A stretch of DNA of 32,000 nt from Methanothermobacter thermautotrophicus str. Delta H (GTDB taxonomy: Archaea; Methanobacteriota; Methanobacteria; Methanobacteriales; Methanothermobacteraceae): NCBI RefSeq assembly GCF_000008645.1, contig NC_000916.1, positions 210,001 to 242,000 of the forward strand, written 5' to 3'. A program made the position numbers and the translations under genes. Below are positions 15,689 to 22,372 of the stretch, in pieces (position 1 is the first letter of the stretch; each line of letters begins with the position of its first letter). Below the pieces are notes generated by a model. That model was given only the letters and a program-made list of their open reading frames with translations, made no database searches and was not told the DNA's origin.

Positions 15689-16198
15689 TCAAGTGCAGAA
15701 CTTTCCTGATGGAGTTAACAGGTTACCACGGGCCGTGATACCAAAGAATACCACATCCTCAGGTCCGTAGCCCTCATCGAAGCTCCAGTCTGTTGTTTCA
15801 AAATAGGCCCTTTCACCTGGTCCCAGGGTGTTTATGAGGGATGACCCTCTGAATACCGGAGCCATTCCAATGGCTATGAGATCTCCATCACTGTTAAATC
15901 CCTTGACCCAGACATAATCGATATGCATGGCTGAGCTGTATCTGTTCTGGATCTCCCCTTTCACAACATAGTCTCCAGTGTAATCTGAGAAGACAGTGTA
16001 GTTGAGGACCTCTACCTGGGCTTTACTCTCGATGACCTCATCGACAGCTGACGACCCATTAATATGACCCAACACAAAACTGAGGAATCCCACTATTAGT
16101 AAGGATATTATGATCAGGGTTGCCTTTGTAAAGGTACTCCTTCTACTCCACCATCCACCTGATCTGCCAGTTTTTCCATCATCAACATCTGAAGACAT
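15689..16198 (-). CDS. N-terminally anchored membrane protein with FxLYD/DUF3426-like beta-sandwich ectodomain (paralogue A)
   Basis: 169 aa: MSSDVDDGKTGRSGGWWSRRS, a TM helix, then ...VEVLNYTVFSDYTGDYVVKGEIQNRYSSAMHIDYVWVKGFNSDGDLIA. The domain call is by eye. Confidence 0.6.
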   Translation of the reverse strand: MSSDVDDGKTGRSGGWWSRRSTFTKATLIIISLLIVGFLSFVLGHINGSSAVDEVIESKAQVEVLNYTVFSDYTGDYVVKGEIQNRYSSAMHIDYVWVKGFNSDGDLIAIGMAPVFRGSSLINTLGPGERAYFETTDWSFDEGYGPEDVVFFGITARGNLLTPSGKFCT

Positions 16199-16235
16199 TA
16201 AATCACCTTATTAAGTCAATCAAAGCTTAAGTCCT

Positions 16236-16682
16236 CTAAAAAACGTGTGCTTGTGTTTGAAGTCCAACAGTAAGAATGTTGGGATGTTCCTCCCAGATGA
16301 TCCCTTCGATTCTGGTCTTCTTACCAGGGGGGAGTACATAATACCCAAAAGCCCACCCATGCAAACGATCTTCACTTGAGTTAAAACCTGTTATGCTGAT
16401 ATCATCAACAAACACGGTTTCTTCATAGTTGTTCTGAATCTCAAAGGTGATATTGTAAATACCGTCATGATCATGAGTTATGGTGTAATTTACGATATTC
16501 ACATGAAATCTTTCATCGTCCATTTCTGTGGCAGAGTCCACCCCCTCGCTGTAACCCAGTGAGTAGGTGATGCATACCCAGAGTATTATGCCGAGGATTA
16601 TGATACCCTTTCTGCTGTAACTGCTCCTTTTACTCCACCATCCACGTAATCTGCCAGTTTTTCCGTCATCATCTGAAGACAT
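16236..16682 (-). CDS. paralogue B of the 15689..16198 protein
   Basis: 148 aa: MSSDDDGKTGRLRGWWSKRS, a TM helix, then ...VNIVNYTITHDHDGIYNITFEIQNNYEETVFVDDISITGFNSSEDRL. The architecture and N-terminal motif match the neighbouring gene. Confidence 0.6.
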   Translation of the reverse strand: MSSDDDGKTGRLRGWWSKRSSYSRKGIIILGIILWVCITYSLGYSEGVDSATEMDDERFHVNIVNYTITHDHDGIYNITFEIQNNYEETVFVDDISITGFNSSEDRLHGWAFGYYVLPPGKKTRIEGIIWEEHPNILTVGLQTQAHVF

Positions 16683-17211
16683 ATTATATCACCTTATTCA
16701 TTAACTGTTCTGTTTTATTATTAACTTGTTCAATAATTACAGCATAATTGAATGTTTATATAATTAAAAGTTTCTATTTGAAATTTAGATGTCAATTTAA
16801 TTAACTCATAATTAATTATTGAATCTGACTACTTCAAAAAATGTTTTTAACTTATAAATTGAAATTTAAAAAATAACTGACATTATCTGGAATCATTCTC
16901 TCTTCTGTTTCTATCTTTGAGACTTCAGATTCTTTATCCGTTATTTTCCCGCCCGTCCATCTGCAGTAACTTCTGTTTGCAGTCAGATCACAATTAAATG
17001 ACCATAAACTCAGTGTTTTTGCTGCTGAAGGTGTTTCTTATGTAACCGTGACCTTTGAGTTACATAAGAAGCCGGTACTCGCCGGACGTGAAACACCGAA
17101 TCTCCGCCGGCAGGCCTTAAAATGGTTATTATCCTGTCAGTTCCCCCAGATATTCCATTTAAAGATTTTTTCGAAAAAATATTTATTATATCATGTTTAT
17201 AGATCAGAAAG

Positions 17212-18906
17212 GTGATTGAAATGGGCTCTGCAGCTTTATTAAGACCAGAATCCCTCGATGAAAAGATAACACTTTCAATGAGCATTTCTGTACTCACAAT
17301 ATCCGTCATGGCACTGATTCTATGGTTAACCGGGGCACTCCAGACACCCAAGGTTGGACCCTTCCTTGATAAGGACCCGACCATATTCATGAGCTTCATT
17401 CTCCTGGCCGCCGCCATACTCGCCCTGAAGGCTTCTAGGAAAGTAACATCCCTCGTTCTATCACTGATGGTCCTGGCCATCCAGTTCTCTGGAGGTAGCC
17501 AGCCCCTCCACCCTCAGGCATGGACAGTAACATCCATGATAATCATATCATACTCCACTGCAGTGATCCTTTTTTCAATTGAAAGATACTCGGCTGCCCA
17601 GATAATCAGTTACACTGCGGGTACAGTGGCATATGCACTGTTCCTATCAGAGATTACAGGGATTACGGAAACAGAGCCGCATTTCAGGGCATGCATAACC
17701 TCTGCTGCAATGATGGTGTTCCTGGCCATAGGTCTCCTCAGCACCCACCCATCCCATGGTGTTGTGGAGCCACTCTATTCAGGGAGGATCGGGGGCTACA
17801 CCGGGAGGATGCTGATACCCATCGTGATAGGGTCCCTGACCCTCACGTCATTCATAGTAATCAGCGGCAGCAGCCACATACCATTCTCTGCCGATGTCTT
17901 CCTGGCCACCCTGAACCTGGCACTTTTAATTGTAATAATAACATTCACAGCCTACAAACTCAACGTGGTGGATTATGAGAGAATAAAAAATCAGAGGAAA
18001 AGCCAGAGGATGTGGAGGTTCTTCAGGAATGTTGTGGATAACCTTGAGGAGGCGGTGGCGGTCCTGGACCGTAACGGGGAAGTCCTGCACAGCAACACCG
18101 CGATGAAGAACCTGGAACTGGACCTCAGGAGACTGTGGAGGGAAAACCTGGAGGGTAAGGATCTTCCACAGCCCATAGGAACCATCAGGTCAGGTGGGAG
18201 GTACTTCACGGGATGGGCCATACCCCTGGATGATGGTGGGATCATATCCCTGATGGATATAAGCGGGCTTGTGGAGGTACAGGAGGACCTGCGGTCATCC
18301 CTCAGGGAGAAGGAGGCGCTGCTGAGGGAACTTCAGCACAGGGTCAGGAACAACCTTCAGATAATCACAAGCCTCATAAACATCCAGCTTCAGGATGCAG
18401 ATGGCCCGGTAAAGGAGGCGCTCCTGGCTACCCAGACCAGGGTGAGGGCCATGACCATAATACAGGAGTCACTCTACAGCACTGATGGCTACAGCAGTGT
18501 ACACATCGAATCATGCATCTCCCGGATGACAGAGCACCTCAAATCCCTGCTGGGTGCACATGGTGTGGGATTCAATATCAGGGCTGACCTCAGACTCAAC
18601 CTTGAAACAGCAATGCCCCTCTGCCTCATGGTGAATGAGCTTGTGACAAATGCCATAAAACATGCATTCCCTGAGGGGAAGGGAGAGGTCCACATTGAGA
18701 TAGATGAGGGGGAATCGGGGTACCACATGCGCTTTGCAGATGATGGCATTGGGTTCAGTGGGGAGGGGGAAGGCACCGGCCTGAAACTTGTAAGGATCCT
18801 TGTGGAGCAGCTTGAGGGTGACCTGAAGATACTTGTAGATGAGGAGAAAGGGGGGACAGAGATACTGGTGCCCTTCAGGGAACTCCAGTACAGGGAGAGG
18901 ACCTAG
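17212..18906 (+). CDS. membrane sensor histidine kinase (multi-TM N-terminus, PAS-like linker, HisKA_2 + HATPase_c)
   Basis: H-box LLRELQHRVRNNLQIITSLINIQ, N-box NELVTNAIKHAF, DDGIGF and GTGLKLVRILVEQLEG. About 7-8 hydrophobic helices lie in the first 260 aa. The likely start is ATG 17221 after AAAGGTGAT. No response regulator is adjacent. Confidence 0.9.
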   Translation: MIEMGSAALLRPESLDEKITLSMSISVLTISVMALILWLTGALQTPKVGPFLDKDPTIFMSFILLAAAILALKASRKVTSLVLSLMVLAIQFSGGSQPLHPQAWTVTSMIIISYSTAVILFSIERYSAAQIISYTAGTVAYALFLSEITGITETEPHFRACITSAAMMVFLAIGLLSTHPSHGVVEPLYSGRIGGYTGRMLIPIVIGSLTLTSFIVISGSSHIPFSADVFLATLNLALLIVIITFTAYKLNVVDYERIKNQRKSQRMWRFFRNVVDNLEEAVAVLDRNGEVLHSNTAMKNLELDLRRLWRENLEGKDLPQPIGTIRSGGRYFTGWAIPLDDGGIISLMDISGLVEVQEDLRSSLREKEALLRELQHRVRNNLQIITSLINIQLQDADGPVKEALLATQTRVRAMTIIQESLYSTDGYSSVHIESCISRMTEHLKSLLGAHGVGFNIRADLRLNLETAMPLCLMVNELVTNAIKHAFPEGKGEVHIEIDEGESGYHMRFADDGIGFSGEGEGTGLKLVRILVEQLEGDLKILVDEEKGGTEILVPFRELQYRERT

Positions 18907-18985
18907 CAGTTAAACCATGGAGGTGAATGGAATACGGTGGCTGGCATCTGACATGTACTGTCACTGTATCTGAGGGGGGAAACAT

Positions 18986-19519
18986 TTGATAGGAATGAAC
19001 TCCATAGATATTTATATGACCCTTGAGGAGAGAATATCCTCGGCCTTCCGGATGGATGAGGAAACATGGTTGAGGCATGCAAATCCATGGAGTGTCTGGA
19101 CAAGACTCACGGCACTGCCCCTTCTTGTTGCAGCGTTCTGGAGCAGGGAGTGGCTGGGCTGGTGGGCTATCATACCGGTAACCCTCGCGGTCCTCTGGAC
19201 CTATCTGAATCCCAGGATATTTAAAAGACCGGAATCTACGGACAGCTGGGCATCCAGGTCGGTTCTCGGTGAGAGGGTCTGGTTGAACCGTGATAGGATC
19301 CCTGTACCCGAGCATCACAGGAGGGTCCCGGTCATACTGAACCTCATAGCAGCCACCGGGACGGTCCCCATTGTTTGGGGTGTCTACCGCCTGGAGGTGT
19401 GGCCGCTCTTACCTGGATTTGCAATGGTCTACCTTGGCAAGCTGTGGTACCTTGACAGGATGGTCTGGCTGTACCAGGACATGAAGGAAAACCCTGAATA
19501 CAGGGACTGGCTCTATTGA
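18986..19519 (+). CDS. membrane protein, unknown function
   Basis: 177 aa with several Trp-rich hydrophobic segments (LPLLVAAFWSREWLGWWAIIPVTLAVLW). It is on the same strand as, and just downstream of, the kinase. Confidence 0.55.
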   Translation: MIGMNSIDIYMTLEERISSAFRMDEETWLRHANPWSVWTRLTALPLLVAAFWSREWLGWWAIIPVTLAVLWTYLNPRIFKRPESTDSWASRSVLGERVWLNRDRIPVPEHHRRVPVILNLIAATGTVPIVWGVYRLEVWPLLPGFAMVYLGKLWYLDRMVWLYQDMKENPEYRDWLY

Positions 19520-19662
19520 TGGTTTTCCTGTTCTCCACAACTTTCTGGCTTTTTCTTATATTTCATGAATACTGAGCGGCCAATTTAATAGTTCTCCATG
19601 AATCCGGGACATAAAAACTAACCGGAACTTTGAGATCTGGAGTTTAAAAATCTGATATTGGA

Positions 19663-20127
19663 TTAGATGGCTTTAGGAGGTCTTCCCCGATACTTCATGG
19701 CCTCTTTCCGGATTTCCTGCCGGGCCTCTTCGTCCCATAGATATATCCGTACATAATCAGTTCCCATGAAAATAATATGCCCGCACTCATATTCCCTGTA
19801 TCTTTTTTCGTACATTATTCCGTCCTTCTCGTACCATGGAACATCATAACTGTACGAGAAGGGAGCCCCACAGTAGGGGCACCTTGATTGGTCCACCCAG
19901 TTCTCTGGCATTGGCTTGATTCTGTCAATGCTTTCGTTATTGGATGAGGTCGGGTTCTTTATTGTGTTAACATCATAACTGAAGGAATTATTCTGTGAAT
20001 CCACCTCAACGTTGAGCATCATACCCGCCATAAATGAAAGCGCCCCAAAGAGAACAAGACAAACTACAATCAATATTTTTGTCAGTTTATCCACTGATAT
20101 TCCCCCTGAATCAAAATATTGAAGCAC
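19663..20127 (-). CDS. N-terminally anchored protein with Cys/His cluster, unknown function
   Basis: 154 aa with one TM helix (ILIVVCLVLFGALSFMAGMML), then CPYCGAP...YECGH. Confidence 0.55.
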   Translation of the reverse strand: MLQYFDSGGISVDKLTKILIVVCLVLFGALSFMAGMMLNVEVDSQNNSFSYDVNTIKNPTSSNNESIDRIKPMPENWVDQSRCPYCGAPFSYSYDVPWYEKDGIMYEKRYREYECGHIIFMGTDYVRIYLWDEEARQEIRKEAMKYRGRPPKAI

Positions 20128-20374
20128 CTCTGATGATAATATAAAAAAACTTTAATATATAGTAATAGTCCATAATCTATATCGAAGGCGCTGAATGAGG
20201 ATTCTACATACATAAACCCGGTATCAGGACCGTGAATGGATCAGGGGACGTCCTGTGAAGACAGGGAATCTGCTGGTAGGAATGCGTGGATAAATTGCTC
20301 AAACAGCACTGCTCCATGAACCCAGTTTATGTTATACGGGGTGATTTTTTTGGATAGGGGAGCAAGGGTTCTTC

Positions 20375-20719
20375 TTGTGTTATGTTTCATCATGGTGGGG
20401 GCAGTGGCCTTTAATGGCAGGGATACTTTTCGAAGAGGTTCAACACAAAGGGGATTCACCCATATCATCAGATAGTGATACCCTCAATAGGAAACCTGCT
20501 GTAGATTATTCGGTGGATATGGGGGAGGATTCCGGGACAGACTCAGCCCGTCCACCGGGGGCTGCACCAGGCCATCGCATACGGGGCCCAGTCTACTATT
20601 TATATGATGATGAAATCACCCATGGATGGGTGGCCTGGTACTATGATGTGGATGCAGGACAGTACTTCTCGGAATATGACTCATGGGACCCCAATGCAGG
20701 TGCTACCATGATTAATTAA
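20375..20719 (+). CDS. hypothetical protein (weak call)
   Basis: 114-aa ORF. The only plausible internal start is MAGILFEE. The C-terminus is aromatic-rich (YYLYDDEITHGWVAWYYDVDAGQYFSEYDSW). I see no SD or motif. Confidence 0.3.
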   Translation: MCYVSSWWGQWPLMAGILFEEVQHKGDSPISSDSDTLNRKPAVDYSVDMGEDSGTDSARPPGAAPGHRIRGPVYYLYDDEITHGWVAWYYDVDAGQYFSEYDSWDPNAGATMIN

Positions 20720-21024
20720 CCAGAGCATCTGCCGCCAGGTGAATTATTAGTTACAGGGATAATCCTGGAGAAAGCTTCATTTCAATATTTTTATTAAATG
20801 GTGTACCGGACCACACGTTCGTAATAGAGAACTATTACGAAGTTCACCATCCCTCATTAGGCCTCCACCTTTAGGCTTCCCTGAGGCTTAAGCCGGAGGA
20901 CCCACCGTTAAACCTTTTCCAGATGAGGGTATACATTTATATTGTACAGTGTGCAGAATGACTGCATGGGATCATATAATGGTTCACTTCGGGGATCTGA
21001 TCCCTGAGCCAGGGGGGTTATATT

Positions 21025-21144
21025 ATGGTTTACTGTCGTGAATGCGGGGAGCTTAATCGTGATGGGGCAAACTACTGTCTTAAATGTGGCAGCCCCTCAG
21101 GGGGAGTGAAGGGGAGGATACCAGGCCTCAACCGGCCCGGATGA
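21025..21144 (+). CDS. 39-aa zinc-ribbon mini-protein, or the N-terminal Zn-ribbon of the next gene separated by a frame break
   Basis: My translation is MVYCRECGELNRDGANYCLKCGSPSGGVKGRIPGLNRPG, with CxxC-x12-CxxC. Its TGA (21142-21144) overlaps ATG 21141 of the next ORF as ATGA. Confidence 0.5.
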   Translation: MVYCRECGELNRDGANYCLKCGSPSGGVKGRIPGLNRPG

Positions 21145-22343
21145 AGGCGGGTCCAAGGACCATAACACTCACGGCCAGTGACGACACTGAAAACCTGGGC
21201 AGACTGACCCCTGAGATCCTCAGGATGGACAATGAAACACTCATGAAATGCAACGATGAGATAAAGGAGCTCGTGAAGAAAAGGAGGATCAGAAGAGGCG
21301 ACTTTGAGGGGTCCATGGAGGAACTCATGGCTGAGATAAGATCAAGACTCGAGGCACTGAGTGGGGAGCTCAGGGCACTGAGTCCGCAGCTTCTAAGGGT
21401 CACGGTGGAGATCGACAGGAGTAAACCTGATGTGAAGATCACAACATCCCTGGATAAGGACCGCATGGAAGGCTACCTTGAGAAGATTAAGAGCAGGCAG
21501 CTCTCAGACCAGTCCCCGGCAGCCCCATCATGGAGGGACCTCTGCCCTGTCTGCAGGGAAGCACCATTAACACCATTCCCAAAAAGGAGGGTCCCTGGAA
21601 GGTCTAAGAGGAATATGCGCTGCAGTAACTGCGGCGCAGTCTTCATTTACAAGGGAAATGGGTACCTTCTCAGCAGGGTCTCAAACAGGAACACCAGGGC
21701 CTGGCGCCTGTACGGTGGGAAGACACTCACAGAGGAGGAATGGACCAGGATAGCAAATGGCGGAGTATCCAATGAACTCCAGAGGGAGATCCAGAGAAAG
21801 AGGGATATTGAAGAGAGAAGGAGGGACATTGAAGGATGGCTTAAAAGTGCAGCAGAGGGGAATGTCACATTCAGAGAGCCCCAAACTCCCATAATACTCA
21901 GGAAGAACGAGAGGGCGGTCCTCGTACTCCACAACATTGACCTCTACGAACCGAGGGCCGTTAGAAGGACTGCCGGCGGATACGGGGGCCCCACCATAAG
22001 GGTGTCAAAGAATCTCTCATTCAGGATGGGGGCCCTCAATGCCATAAGCGAATCCCGTGACGAACTCCGGAGGATAGACACCGGTACACTGACCCTGACG
22101 ACACGGAGGATGATATTCACAGGGACAAAGAGGACAACGAACATAGACCTCAGGAAGGTCCTAGCCATCCAGCCCTACACCAATGGCATAGCGGTCCAGA
22201 GGGAGAACAAGAAGAGAACTGAACACTTCCTCAACACGGAAAAAACACTGCTGAACATCACCCACTCCGGGAGGACCCACACAGTCCCCGCAGATGGTGC
22301 GGTGATGAAGGCGGTGATTGAGGGACTTATAAGGAAGCTCTGA
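21141..22343 (+). CDS. coiled-coil / internal Zn-ribbon / C-terminal bacterial-PH (YokE-like) domain protein
   Basis: The track ORF 21084..22343 has its frame opening at 21084, and ATG 21141 gives MKAGPRTITL... Motifs include CPVCREAP...CSNCGAVF. The C-terminal pattern IDTGTLTLTTRRMIFTGTKRTTNIDLRKVLAIQPYTNGIAVQ is typical of bPH-type domains (by eye). Confidence 0.65.
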   Translation: MKAGPRTITLTASDDTENLGRLTPEILRMDNETLMKCNDEIKELVKKRRIRRGDFEGSMEELMAEIRSRLEALSGELRALSPQLLRVTVEIDRSKPDVKITTSLDKDRMEGYLEKIKSRQLSDQSPAAPSWRDLCPVCREAPLTPFPKRRVPGRSKRNMRCSNCGAVFIYKGNGYLLSRVSNRNTRAWRLYGGKTLTEEEWTRIANGGVSNELQREIQRKRDIEERRRDIEGWLKSAAEGNVTFREPQTPIILRKNERAVLVLHNIDLYEPRAVRRTAGGYGGPTIRVSKNLSFRMGALNAISESRDELRRIDTGTLTLTTRRMIFTGTKRTTNIDLRKVLAIQPYTNGIAVQRENKKRTEHFLNTEKTLLNITHSGRTHTVPADGAVMKAVIEGLIRKL

Positions 22344-22372
22344 CCAAAAAATAACTCAGAGGAGAGAATAAC

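Noticed and set aside
1371-16990. Shared 11-mer tgcagtcagat near 1375 and 16978, considered as possible repeat-element termini.
   Set aside because: The match is too short, has no extended flanking similarity, and is consistent with chance in 32 kb.
17010-17480. 156-aa minus-strand ORF overlapping the start of the histidine kinase.
   Set aside because: It overlaps the kinase's N-terminal TM region in antisense and runs into the hairpin-containing spacer. It has no motif or SD, so it is most likely spurious.
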